Source: an uncultured delta proteobacterium
Lineage (GTDB): Bacteria > Myxococcota > B64-G9
Direction of reading: 5' to 3'
NCBI GenBank assembly: GCA_963754925.1
Contig: CAVWHX010000004.1
Location: 928,001-992,000, forward strand
Length of the DNA stretch: 64,000 nucleotides
Shown here piece by piece: positions 31,998-42,015 of this stretch. Both the position numbers and the translations under genes were made by a program. Below the pieces are notes generated by a model. It made no database searches and was not told the DNA's origin. It saw nothing but the letters and a program-made list of their open reading frames with translations. How positions within the stretch are numbered: position 1 is the stretch's first letter; the number at the start of each line of letters is the position of its first letter.

Positions 31998-33114
31998 TCA
32001 TATCCGCATGGGCATTATAACGCAGGTATAGGTAGCGCAATCGGTAGGGTGAAGAACGCAGGGAGATAAATCATCATCAAGCGATACATCCACGTCCTCT
32101 GTGTCAATGGTGGACAGTGCATCAAGGAGGTATCGAGCATTGAATCCAACAACCAGATCTTTACCGCCGTACTCTATGCCGAGGTCCTCCCGTGCCTCGC
32201 CGACATCAGGGTTACTGGTGGTGACTTGCAAAAGGTCTTTTGAAAGTTTTAACTTTTAACCCTAAGGTTCGATCATTCGACAAAATACTGATGCGACGAA
32301 GGCTGTCACTAAACACTTTTTTATTTATACGAAGCTTTATCTTTTGTTTTTCTGGAACAACATGACGGTACTCTGGAAAACGACCGTCCAATAATCTCAT
32401 GACGACCATAACCGTACTCATACGGAATATGAGGTTGTTACCCTCAACACCAAGGAAACAATCACCGCTCTCTGAATCAAGAAGCCTCTTTATCTCCAGC
32501 AAGCCTTTTTTCGGTATGATGATCCCCTCGCCAAAACGAGCGTTTTTTGGGTCTTCCGCAAGTTGAGCGTCCAACATCGACAGCCGGTGACCATCGGTTG
32601 ACACCATGCGGAAGGTATCGTTGCCAATTTTCTCTAAAAATGAGCCGTTGAGATTGTACCGTGTTTCATCGCTCGAAACGGCATAGACGGTCTTCTCAAT
32701 CATGTCCTTAATGTTGGCTTGATTCACTTTGAAAACTGCAACAGAACCAACGTCCGGCAACGCCTGAAAATCTTCCGAAGCCATACCGAGCATACGATAC
32801 TCTATCTTCTCGCACCGCAACTCTGCCCACAGACTCTCCAATTTTTTTATCTTCACCGAACCAGCCGGTAGTGAGCGAACGATGTCGTATGCATGACGGG
32901 CGCTGATAGCTATGCTCCCCGCATTGATTACTTCAGCTGTATGCTCGCTCGTCATGCCGACTTCAAGGTTGGTTGCGCTGATTGAAACCTTTCCCTCTTT
33001 AGTAGCCTGTATAAGAACATTGGAGAGGATCGGCATCGCAGTTTTTTTTTCAACAATGCCCTGGGCGCAGTAGAGTCCCTTTGCTAGTTCGTCTGTCTTG
33101 ATCGAAAATTCCAT
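31998..33114 (-). CDS. dnaN: DNA polymerase III beta clamp, apparent +1 frameshift at ~32247-32259
   Basis: MPILSNVL, DETRYNLNG, STDGHRL, FPEY. Removing one base joins to LSKDLLQVTTSNPDVGEA...GFNARYLLD...VIMPMRI. Confidence 0.95.
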
Positions 33115-33126
33115 AACGCTCTCCAT

Positions 33127-33332
33127 ATAAGATCTTTGTTTATTTAAAGAATAAAACAGTAGTCATAGTAGGACCTGTGAAAAGGTGAATAGAGAGTTAA
33201 AGCAGCCTAACAAAATGGAAAGATAAAAACAAGCACCTGTGGAGAATGGGTGCAAAGAATGTGACTCGGTGGCACTAGGGACAAGCCCACTGACCGCCAA
33301 CACGGTATTCCACAGGATTGCAACAGCATGGT
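33127..33332. promoter_or_regulatory. oriC: Replication origin (oriC) in the dnaA-dnaN spacer
   Basis: Minus strand reads CTATTCACC-TTTTCACA-GGTCC-TACTATGACTACT followed by an AT-rich tract: tandem DnaA boxes, GC spacer, DnaA-trios, DUE. Further boxes TGTGGAGAA (33238-33246) and TATTCCACA (33306-33314). Confidence 0.85.
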
Positions 33333-34677
33333 TCATATACCGAGCTGCCTTTTGATGACATCGACAGCTTCCTGAACAGAGTTGTCGGTTTTAACGAGCT
33401 TAGAGACGTTTCTGACAGCATTGATGACCGTTGAGTGATCCTTGTTGAAATGCATACCAATGTCAGGAAACGTCGCGCTGTTCAGGTATGAGCGGCAGAT
33501 GTACATGGCAATCTGTCGCGGCCGGCATATGGATCGGTGCCGTCGATTTCCTCGAAGATCGTTAACTTTGACGTTGAAATAATTTCCGACCGCTTTCTGA
33601 ACGTCTTCGATGGATATGGTACTGGAGTTACCGAGTGTGTCCCGCAGAACTTCCTTCGCGAAATCCAGGGTAATCGGCTTCCCGTACATTGACGAGAGAG
33701 CACCCAGCCGCTTGAGGGAGCCTTCAATTTCTCGAATATTGGATTTTACCGATGAGGCGATGAACAATGCTACATCGTCCGGGATGTCTAATCTATCGAT
33801 CTCGGATTTCTTTTGTAAAATGGCGATGCGGGTTTCGATCTCAGGCGGCTGTATGTCGGCGATCAGGCCCCACTGAAAACGAGTTCGCAGGCGATCTTCA
33901 AGTTCGGGTATCTCCTGCGGATAGCTGTCAGAGGTGATGACTATTTGGCGTCTCGATTCGTGAAGGGCATTGAAGGTATGGAAGAACTCTTCCTGAGTTC
34001 TCTCTTTTCCAGAGATGAATTCAATGTCGTCTATCAAGAGCACATCGCAGTTGGAGCGATACTTGGCGTGAAAAACGTCCATCTTGTTTAGTCGTAGGCA
34101 GTTCACCATCTCATTGACAAAGGTTTCTGACGAAAGGTAGAGAACCTTAAGGTGACGCCTTTCTTGAATGATCATGTGGCCGATGGCGTTGAGCAGGTGG
34201 GTTTTTCCAAGACCGGGCCCAGCGTAGAGAAATAATGGATTATAGGTGCTGCCGGGGTTACCGGCCACGTTGATCGAAGCGGCGTAGGCAAGTTGGTTTG
34301 ATGAGCCAACGACGAATTGAGAAAACGTGTAGCGAGGATTCAGGCCGGTATCAAAGACAGCATCAGTGGATTGGCTTTTGTCGGAGACGGGTTCAGGAGT
34401 TGTAGTGAGTGTTGTGTCCGATAATGATTCAGACGATTCCAAGACTCTCAGCTGTACTCTGATTTCTTGGGACGCAAGGGATGCGAACTCTTGTTGGATG
34501 ATATCCTTAAAAGTTGTGGTCAGTGATCCAATCACGAGTAAATTGATTGGAGACCCCGATGTACACGACATTACCCTCTTGAGAGAGAAACTTCAACGGT
34601 AGAAACCAGGTTGAAAAGTTTTGTTGGCTGACGCGTTTCTCTATTTCGCCGAGTACTGCAGGCCAGAGTTGTTCCAT
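33333..34677 (-). CDS. dnaA: Replication initiator DnaA, apparent +1 frameshift at 34507-34512
   Basis: Domain I MEQLWPAVLGEIEKRVSQQNFSTWF..NQFTRDWITDH is in a different frame from LNPRYTF, YNPLFLYAGPGLGKTHL, QEEFFHTFN, DHSTVI. Confidence 0.96.
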
Positions 34678-35018
34678 CGACATTTTGGTAACATCCCAAC
34701 AATTAATGGTATCCCAATTATTAGCTTCTCAAAAAATAACCCGGAACCGATAACAGAGATGGAGAAAGGTTTCAAGTGAAAAAAATGTCAGGCCAAAATT
34801 TGAGCAAAAATCAGCTCACTGGCCTGCCATTGGCCGAGACATCATGTCGTTTGACGAACGCCAAAATGCCGATCCATGAGGTGTGAACAATTCGATTCGA
34901 GGAATTCGAAAAAAGAGTTCTTGACAGGGAAGAGTTGGTTATGTTTGAAATGACCGGCCGCACGGTACGTGCAGTCATATATGCCTATTGCCCGCGGTGA
35001 TAGAAAGGGGCTTATACG

Positions 35019-35171
35019 TTGAAACGTACTTACCAACCAAGTCGAATCAAGAGAATCAGGGAACACGGCTTTCGCACACGCATGGAGACGCCTGGTGGTC
35101 GGAATGTCCTCAAAAGGAGAAGGCAAAAAGGTCGCGTACGGCTCACCGTCGAACTACCAAAAAATAAGTAG
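35019..35171 (+). CDS. rpmH: 50S ribosomal protein L34 (not in the ORF track)
   Basis: TTG start; translates [50 protein letters not shown]. Confidence 0.97.
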   Translation: MKRTYQPSRIKRIREHGFRTRMETPGGRNVLKRRRQKGRVRLTVELPKNK

Positions 35172-35532
35172 CCGCCCGGTCCTCCCTGATGATCGTCTAA
35201 GCGAGTCTTTTTCTAAAAAGGATAGACTTCTCAGAAGAGCAGACTTTGTCAGAGTTCAGAGTCGAGGTCGAAAGGTATATACAAAAAGTTTACTCATGCT
35301 GGTTTTAGAAAACCGGATTGGCAGGACGCGGCTCGGCATCGCGGTAAGTAAAAAAATTGGCAACAGTGTCAAAAGAAACAAATGGAAGAGGATGATCAGA
35401 GAAATATTTAGAAAGAACGGATCGTTGTTTCCAATTACGGTCGATGTTGTGATTATCCCCAAGCGAATTCCCTATATGATTACGTACACTATGCTGCTTG
35501 AAGAAATAAAACATATTTCACTAAGACATTGA
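35095..35532 (+). CDS. rnpA: RNase P protein component (start uncertain)
   Basis: [36 protein letters not shown]. Confidence 0.93.
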   Translation: MVGMSSKGEGKKVAYGSPSNYQKISSRPVLPDDRLSESFSKKDRLLRRADFVRVQSRGRKVYTKSLLMLVLENRIGRTRLGIAVSKKIGNSVKRNKWKRMIREIFRKNGSLFPITVDVVIIPKRIPYMITYTMLLEEIKHISLRH

Positions 35533-35744
35533 TAATGAGAAGGATATTTATTATTTTATTACGTTTGTATCAATTAATGCTATCCCCCTTTTTGGGGGAA
35601 AGGTGCAGATTCTACCCAAGTTGCTCTGAATATGCCCTTGGCTGTATTGAGCGCTACGGTTCAATTCGTGGCAGTTGGCTCGCGATGAAAAGAATCGTGC
35701 GTTGCCATCCTTATAATTCAGGAGGAGTAGACCCAGTCCCGTAG
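35529..35744 (+). CDS. yidD: Membrane protein insertion efficiency factor
   Basis: [31 protein letters not shown]. Confidence 0.96.
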   Translation: MIMRRIFIILLRLYQLMLSPFLGERCRFYPSCSEYALGCIERYGSIRGSWLAMKRIVRCHPYNSGGVDPVP

Positions 35745-35775
35745 TTATGGAATAGTAATGATATACGTCAGATAA

Positions 35776-35900
35776 ATACAGAGCGGCATAACAAAGCAGA
35801 CCGAGGCGCGACCAAGCCGAGGAATGAGGCGTACGTATCGTACGCCGCAATGACGAGGCGAGGAAGCAACAAAGGTATGCAAAGTTATGGCGCTTTGTAT
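35776..35900. repeat. 125-bp imperfect palindromic (MITE-like) element
   Basis: Terminal IR ATACAGAGCGGCATAAC / GTTATGGCGCTTTGTAT (15/17) and central hairpin GGCGTACG-TAT-CGTACGCC (35828-35846). Confidence 0.7.
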
Positions 35901-35910
35901 AAGGAATATC

Positions 35911-37599
35911 ATGGACAAACGAACCATATTAGCCATTATCCTGTGCTTAGGTGTATGGATTGTCTGGCAAAAGTTTTTTATAGAGCCAGTAAAAAATGTT
36001 GGCAAACCGGCCGGGGGAGTCGATTCTGTTACCAATACTGAACCCGACAGGAAGGGAACAAAACAAGCAATTGGTGACTCATCAAAAACAGAAGAGCCGG
36101 GTGAAGCACCGGCCGAACTACCCGACGAGCAACTTGCTACGCTTAAAACAGAAATGTTTGAAGCAACCTTTTCCTCGCGAGGTGGAAGCCTAAAAAGCAT
36201 TAATATATTGAAATATAAAGAGAAAAATTATGTAAAAAAAGTAAGTGAATTAGGTCCGGCTGAAATAGTCACAACTGAAGAAGACCAACATTTGCCATTT
36301 ACGATCCGTTTCAACAGTGAGAAAACAACCTTCAAAAATATACCATATGCTGACTGGAGCATAGTTGAGAAAAGCGAAACAAAAATAAAATTTCGTTATC
36401 TTAATCAGTCGATAGATAATTATCCAGAAATAACAAAGACTTATACGGTTCTTCCCGGTGAATATCAGATGGACTTGTTGGTCGAGATTATCAATAACGG
36501 CCAACGGAGCATAAAAGAACAAATTATTCTCGAAATTTTTGGAAGGGTTGAGCCCGAAACAAACACCGGTTGTATGGGAGCACAGCACATTCCTCGGAAA
36601 GCATCCTGTTTTGCAAATGGAGAATTATTGTCTGCCGATCCCAAGGAAGGAACAACAAAAAGTGCCGAACCGTACGTGTCTTGGATAGGTATCAATGAAC
36701 AATATTTTTTGTTGGCGGCGGTTGTCATTGGGACAGATAAGTCTTTTTGTGAAATGGAGACGAGAAAGGGCGGATTATTAGTCTCGAGCCTGATGTATCC
36801 AGAAGAGGGAGAAATTCAACCAGGGAAAACGATTTCTCATCGTTATAGGTTGTATGCGGGACCAAAACAGATATCGATTTTAGAAAGAGTTAAGGGGGGC
36901 CCCAAAGATGGAAACGGCCCGTCTTATCTTGAAAAGGCGGTTGATTTCGGTTGGCTGGCCGTCCTTTGCTTGCCACTTCTTTGGCTACTCAAAGCTCTCT
37001 ACTCATGGATCGGCAACTATGGAGTAGCAATCATATTATTGACAATTATTTTGAGAGTTTTGCTGCTTCCGCTAACATACAACAGTATGAAATCAATGCA
37101 GAAAATGGGTAAGCTCAAGCCGCTGATTGAGGATCTAAAAAAGAAGTACGGCGACGACAAAGCGCGCATGAATCAAGAGATGATGAATCTTTACAAGACG
37201 CACAAGATAAATCCGATGGGCGGTTGCTTACCAATGCTGTTACAGATGCCAATCTGGTTTGCATTGTATCGAATGATTAGTTCATCGGTTGAACTATACC
37301 AAGAACCGTTCATACCGGGCTGGATAAACGATCTGTCGTATCGAGATCCAACGTTTATTCTGCCGATTATATTAGGTGGATTTATGTTTTTACAGCAGAA
37401 AATGACGCCTTCCAGCATGGATAACCAACAAGCTAAAATGATGCTCTATATTATGCCTATCTTTTTCACGTTTATTATGCTGTACCTACCATCGGGACTG
37501 GTGTTGTATATTTTATTCAGCACGGCTTTGGGCATACTACAGCAACTATTCTACAATCGTGGACAAAATCAAATGGCTGCTCAAAGAAGAGATAACTGA
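35911..37599 (+). CDS. yidC: Membrane protein insertase YidC
   Basis: MDKRTILAI, VDFGWL, GNYGVAIILLT, NPMGGCLPMLLQMPIW, WINDLS..DP, PSGLVLY. Confidence 0.96.
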   Translation: MDKRTILAIILCLGVWIVWQKFFIEPVKNVGKPAGGVDSVTNTEPDRKGTKQAIGDSSKTEEPGEAPAELPDEQLATLKTEMFEATFSSRGGSLKSINILKYKEKNYVKKVSELGPAEIVTTEEDQHLPFTIRFNSEKTTFKNIPYADWSIVEKSETKIKFRYLNQSIDNYPEITKTYTVLPGEYQMDLLVEIINNGQRSIKEQIILEIFGRVEPETNTGCMGAQHIPRKASCFANGELLSADPKEGTTKSAEPYVSWIGINEQYFLLAAVVIGTDKSFCEMETRKGGLLVSSLMYPEEGEIQPGKTISHRYRLYAGPKQISILERVKGGPKDGNGPSYLEKAVDFGWLAVLCLPLLWLLKALYSWIGNYGVAIILLTIILRVLLLPLTYNSMKSMQKMGKLKPLIEDLKKKYGDDKARMNQEMMNLYKTHKINPMGGCLPMLLQMPIWFALYRMISSSVELYQEPFIPGWINDLSYRDPTFILPIILGGFMFLQQKMTPSSMDNQQAKMMLYIMPIFFTFIMLYLPSGLVLYILFSTALGILQQLFYNRGQNQMAAQRRDN

Positions 37600-37628
37600 A
37601 AAGAGTTCGTTGGTGACTGGAGATTAAC

Positions 37629-38330
37629 TTGACCACTAAGAAAGAGTTTTTCGAATTGGATCTTGATGCAGCGTTGTCGAAGGCTGAAAATAGTATTGGA
37701 ATACGCCGCGATAGTTTTTCCTATCAGGTGGTTAAAGAGAATTTCGGAAGGCCACTGAGACAGCCTAAGATCGGAATAATCGTTGAATACGACGAAAAGC
37801 CTAAAAAAATTGAAGAAAACTTGCGGGATGATATGCCAAAATCTGTGGATCCCGTTGAAAAAGCAGTCTATATCCTGGATGGGATTTTTAAGCGAATGGG
37901 CTACAACGTAACCATTATACCGGTTAAAAAAGAAGGTCAGGTTGTTCTGACGGTAAATTTTACCGAACAAAAACTCGATCTCAACAGAGGTGAGTCAAGA
38001 GAGTTTCGAGGCGCGGTGCAGTACATAATAAATCACATTTTTCAGTCCGGAACTGAGAGTGAAACACGCCTCATTGTAGATATCGGCGGTACATTGGATG
38101 AAAGAAGTAATCAATTTAGGGAGTTAGCGCATGAACTATCTACCAAATTGAGGAGCATTGCTAAACCAATAAATGTTCATCTCATGAACTCGCAGGATCG
38201 CCGTATTCTTCATTTGATTTTGGAAGATGATCGTCTCGTGAGCACATCAAGTTTCGGGGAGGATCGCTTTAGAATATTGAAGATTCAGCCAAAGACAGGA
38301 TCCGGTAAAAAAACGGATGAATTAAGTTAG
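37629..38330 (+). CDS. jag: Jag/EloR (KhpB)-like RNA-binding protein (Jag_N, KH, R3H)
   Basis: Jag_N-like start, MNSQDRRILH (R3H), TSSFGED.FR; conserved position after yidC. Confidence 0.8.
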   Translation: MTTKKEFFELDLDAALSKAENSIGIRRDSFSYQVVKENFGRPLRQPKIGIIVEYDEKPKKIEENLRDDMPKSVDPVEKAVYILDGIFKRMGYNVTIIPVKKEGQVVLTVNFTEQKLDLNRGESREFRGAVQYIINHIFQSGTESETRLIVDIGGTLDERSNQFRELAHELSTKLRSIAKPINVHLMNSQDRRILHLILEDDRLVSTSSFGEDRFRILKIQPKTGSGKKTDELS

Positions 38331-38340
38331 GTATTTCTGT

Positions 38341-38548
38341 ATGCCACAGAATTCGAGAACAAAGCGCCTTCGCAGTGCAGCGCTGGTGAAATTAAAAATA
38401 CGAGATGATGGCAGGAAAGTTGGATGACGGTTTTAAAGTCATTTATCAAGGTGTATTAAAGGATCTATCTTTGAAACAAGAAGAGGTAGACAGGTATATT
38501 GAAAAGAACAGAAAAGAATTACAAAAAGTGTGCGTGAAAACTAGCTAA
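38341..38548 (+). CDS. Small hypothetical protein, apparent +1 frameshift at 38392-38398 (not in the ORF track)
   Basis: Removing one A gives a continuous 68-aa ORF: MPQNSRTKRLRSAALVKLKYEMMAGKLDDGFKVIYQGVLKDLSLKQEEVDRYIEKNRKELQKVCVKTS. Confidence 0.6.
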
Positions 38549-38776
38549 AAATACAATTTTTTCTCACCAGGGGAAACGTTGGTGAGATGTGCTTGACCCA
38601 ATCCAAATGTTTTAAAGACTCTGGCATAAAATCTAAAACTGATGCCGTAGGTCATAGTTGGATCCCAGATTTCTCTTTTTGAACATACCGATCCGCATTG
38701 CATTTGGGAAGATCACATGATTACCATCTGTTCGGTTGCTATATTCAATAGCTAGGGATGATCGAGGCGTATACTA

Positions 38777-40141
38777 GTGGTTTTTAAATTCGATCACAAA
38801 AACGATACTATCGTTGCTTGCGCAACGCCGCCTGGTAAAGGTGCGGTAGCGATTGTTCGTCTGAGCGGAAAAAATGCTATACCTATCATTCGGATGATAA
38901 TAAGAAGTGATAATCCGGTAGACAAGTGGCGTTCTCGAACGCTCGTTCATGGGTTCGTTGTAGATTCAAATGAGAGGAGGCTTGACGAGGTTCTCTGTAC
39001 CGTTATGAAATCTCCCCGATCATATACGGGAGAAGATGTCGTCGAGATTTACTGTCATGGTGGTGAGGGAATAGTCAGAACAACACTAGAACTGGCAATA
39101 GAGAATGGTGCACGATTAGCGCGTCCCGGTGAGTTTACGAGAAGGGCGTATGAGAATGGAAAATTGGATATCACCAAGGTGCAAGTGGTGCGACAAATTA
39201 TAGAGGCCCATACCCGTGAGGAGCTTCAAGGCGCCTGTAGGGTGTTAACGGGAGAGCTCGAGGGAATTATCAGTAACATGAGAGAGAAAATAACAGAGAC
39301 ACTAACTGTTGTTGAGGCGGCAATAGATTTCTCGGAAGAGAGAGAAGTTTCTATAAACGTAACTCCACGGCTCGAAGAATTAACCAATCAACTTGACCAG
39401 TTAGTATCTTCTTCTCACCGAAGGGTGGATCATGAGACAGAAGTGGTCGTAGCTGGGAGGATAAACGTTGGAAAATCCAGCATTGTAAATAAGTTATGCA
39501 ATAGAAAGGTGTCAATAGTCACCAGTGACCCGGGAACAACGAGAGATGCGGTCGAGGCAGAGACGATATTTGGTGGGTTGCGAGTAAGATTGATAGACAC
39601 CGCTGGTCATGGAATAAGCTCATTGAATTGCGACGCCGATCGTGAGGCTCAAGCTGTGGCGGTTTCAAAAGTCGAGAGAGCCAACATAGTCCTTTGGGTT
39701 GGCACCGACCTTGTTCAAATGCTTGAGGAAGCGCCGCCAGCGAAAAAGAGCCGAGATGTAGTCCTCGTTATCAACAAGGTGGACCTTCTTTCGGCGGATC
39801 AAAGAAACAGGTGCATTGAACAGCTTGAAAAGGTTGATGGATTGATGGTCTCAGCACTAACCGGCGAGGGTCTTGATCGGCTTACTGATGTTGTTACGAA
39901 AAAACTTCTGATGCAGCTAGGTCCTGCCGATGGGATCCCCATCAGCGTCTGGCAAGAGGAAGCTATCAACAACACTCGCGGTAGTATTTTGAAAGCGGCC
40001 GATCGAATCAAGGACAATGATCTTGAACTCGCAGCCGAGGATCTTAACTTCGCACGCGATCAGATAAACGAATTATTGGGAGAGTCTACCAAAGACGATA
40101 TTTTGGATAGGATATTCGAGAGGTTCTGTATAGGAAAATGA
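38777..40141 (+). CDS. mnmE: tRNA modification GTPase MnmE
   Basis: DTIVACATPPGKGAVAIVRLSG, PRSYTGEDVVE, GEFTRRA, NVGKSS, GTTRD, DTAG, NKVD, FCIGK. Confidence 0.97.
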   Translation: MVFKFDHKNDTIVACATPPGKGAVAIVRLSGKNAIPIIRMIIRSDNPVDKWRSRTLVHGFVVDSNERRLDEVLCTVMKSPRSYTGEDVVEIYCHGGEGIVRTTLELAIENGARLARPGEFTRRAYENGKLDITKVQVVRQIIEAHTREELQGACRVLTGELEGIISNMREKITETLTVVEAAIDFSEEREVSINVTPRLEELTNQLDQLVSSSHRRVDHETEVVVAGRINVGKSSIVNKLCNRKVSIVTSDPGTTRDAVEAETIFGGLRVRLIDTAGHGISSLNCDADREAQAVAVSKVERANIVLWVGTDLVQMLEEAPPAKKSRDVVLVINKVDLLSADQRNRCIEQLEKVDGLMVSALTGEGLDRLTDVVTKKLLMQLGPADGIPISVWQEEAINNTRGSILKAADRIKDNDLELAAEDLNFARDQINELLGESTKDDILDRIFERFCIGK

Positions 40142-42015
40142 GTGTTTCACGTGGAACATCGACATTCGATGTAGTAGTGGTCGGGGCCGGACACGCTGGT
40201 TGCGAGGCCGCGCTCGTTTGTGCCCGCTTGGGACTGACAACTGCACTGGTGACCATAGCGCGCTCGAGAGTTGCGCAAATGTCCTGCAACCCCGCAATTG
40301 GTGGGTTGGGTAAGAGTCAAATTGTTCGTGAAATAGATGCCTTGGGTGGAGAGATGGGAAAGGTAGCGGACGCCACCGCCATACATTATCGGCGACTCAA
40401 TGCCAGTAAAGGACCGGCAGTGAGAGCGAGAAGAATGCAGTGCGATCTCCGAGCGTATCATAAAGAGATGTTAATGAGGGTCGAGGGGCAACCAGGGATC
40501 GCTCTCATCGAGGGTTTGGTTGATAGGATATTGATCAATTCAAAAAAAATCAATGGGGTAGAACTTCAAACAGGCCAAACGTTTTTAGCGAAGGCGGTAA
40601 TCCTTACCACTGGCACGTTCCTCCGAGGGCTAATGCATATCGGTGAGGAGTCATTTTCAGGAGGTAGGCTTGGTGACCCGGCTGCCCAGAATCTGAGTGA
40701 AAGCCTTGCGAAAATTGGTTTTCCGTTAGGACGGCTCAAGACCGGTACACCGGCACGGTTAGAAGCAGCGACCATAAATTTTTATTTTCTGGAAAAACAA
40801 CCGCCCGACCAGGTCCGGCATTCCTTCTCGCATGAAGGCGGTAACCTATCGTTGAACATGTACCCGTGCTATGTGACCCATACCAACAAAAAAACACACG
40901 AGATTATTCGCGCAGGGTTGGGAAGGTCTCCTCTCTATACTGGGGTGATAAAGGGCCGCGGGCCGCGTTACTGTCCTTCTATCGAGGATAAAGTTGTAAG
41001 ATTTCCGGACCGTGAACAGCATCAGGTGGTTTTAGAACCCACGGGCGCCACGAGGGAGGTAATTTACCCTAACGGAATCTCGACCAGCTTACCTCGTGAT
41101 ATTCAAGAAGAGTTCATTCACTCGATTCAAGGGCTCGAACAAGCCCGTATCCTTAATTATGGCTATGCTGTCGAATACGATTTCGTTCCGCCCACGGAGC
41201 TAATGCACACCTTGGAAACCAAGCGCGTACCAGGGTTGTTTTTTGCCGGTCAGATAAACGGCACCAGCGGCTATGAGGAAGCTGCCGGGCAAGGATTGCT
41301 GGCAGGAGTAAATGCAGCGGCCAAAATAAAAGGCCTCAATCCGGTGATCTTGGGTCGCCACGAGGCATATATAGGTGTAATGATAGATGATCTGGTCACC
41401 CGCGGGACAACCGAGCCGTACCGTATGTTCTCCTCCCGCGCGGAATTTAGGCTGTTGTTAAGAGAAGATAACGCCATTTTTAGATTGCAGGAATGGGCTG
41501 AAAAGATAGGGCTAGTAAATAGGGAAGTATTGAAAAAACGAAGGCAGATCGCCTCTCAGATTGAAAGTTGTTTAGAGGAACTTTGCGGCACCCAGATTCC
41601 GGCCGAAAACGATGTGCGGCGACCAACATTGGAAAAAGCCCTCAAAAGACCCACGGTGACCATCCAAGAAATAGCTTATTGGCTTAAAAAAGAGTATCCG
41701 CTGGATGTTCTCGAGCAGGCTGAAGTTTGTGTAAAGTATCAGGGATACATCGATCGTCAACTGCGCGACGCCGAAAAACTTAATACGCTCGCCAACCGTT
41801 CCCTCCAGCAAGGCGTCGATTACCGTAAAATTCCCGGGCTCTCGAGGGAGTTGGCTGACAAACTCAACCTCCATAGGCCGATCAATTTTGCACAAGCAAG
41901 CACGGTGGATGGAATGACGCCGGCAGCGCTGCTATTGATCTCGGTTTGGAACGATAGCCACGTTGTTCCACGTGGAACAGAATCTCTCGATACTCAATGT
42001 CTGAGCGAAGACTAA
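40138..42015 (+). CDS. mnmG: tRNA uridine-5-carboxymethylaminomethyl modification enzyme
   Basis: GAGHAGCEAA, MSCNPAIGG, RLKTGTP, GPRYCPSIEDK, AGQINGTSGYEEAAGQG. Confidence 0.98.
   Translation: MSVSRGTSTFDVVVVGAGHAGCEAALVCARLGLTTALVTIARSRVAQMSCNPAIGGLGKSQIVREIDALGGEMGKVADATAIHYRRLNASKGPAVRARRMQCDLRAYHKEMLMRVEGQPGIALIEGLVDRILINSKKINGVELQTGQTFLAKAVILTTGTFLRGLMHIGEESFSGGRLGDPAAQNLSESLAKIGFPLGRLKTGTPARLEAATINFYFLEKQPPDQVRHSFSHEGGNLSLNMYPCYVTHTNKKTHEIIRAGLGRSPLYTGVIKGRGPRYCPSIEDKVVRFPDREQHQVVLEPTGATREVIYPNGISTSLPRDIQEEFIHSIQGLEQARILNYGYAVEYDFVPPTELMHTLETKRVPGLFFAGQINGTSGYEEAAGQGLLAGVNAAAKIKGLNPVILGRHEAYIGVMIDDLVTRGTTEPYRMFSSRAEFRLLLREDNAIFRLQEWAEKIGLVNREVLKKRRQIASQIESCLEELCGTQIPAENDVRRPTLEKALKRPTVTIQEIAYWLKKEYPLDVLEQAEVCVKYQGYIDRQLRDAEKLNTLANRSLQQGVDYRKIPGLSRELADKLNLHRPINFAQASTVDGMTPAALLLISVWNDSHVVPRGTESLDTQCLSED
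40143..40158. promoter_or_regulatory. parS: parS centromere-like site
   Basis: TGTTTCACGTGGAACA matches the bacterial parS consensus. Confidence 0.9.
41964..41979. promoter_or_regulatory. parS: parS centromere-like site
   Basis: Perfect palindrome TGTTCCACGTGGAACA. Confidence 0.92.

Noticed and set aside
31998..34677. dnaA and dnaN as pseudogenes, or as programmed ribosomal frameshifts (TTT-TAA shifty stop in dnaA)
   Set aside because: Both genes are essential and otherwise intact. The same TTAA-linked indels hit unrelated genes in both directions and orientations, which fits sequencing error better. Not formally excluded without reads.
38549..38776. Small ORF or RNA gene between the hidden gene and mnmE
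   Set aside because: Only short ORFs without SD or motifs, plus one small hairpin (TCTCACCA...TGGTGAGA); insufficient support.
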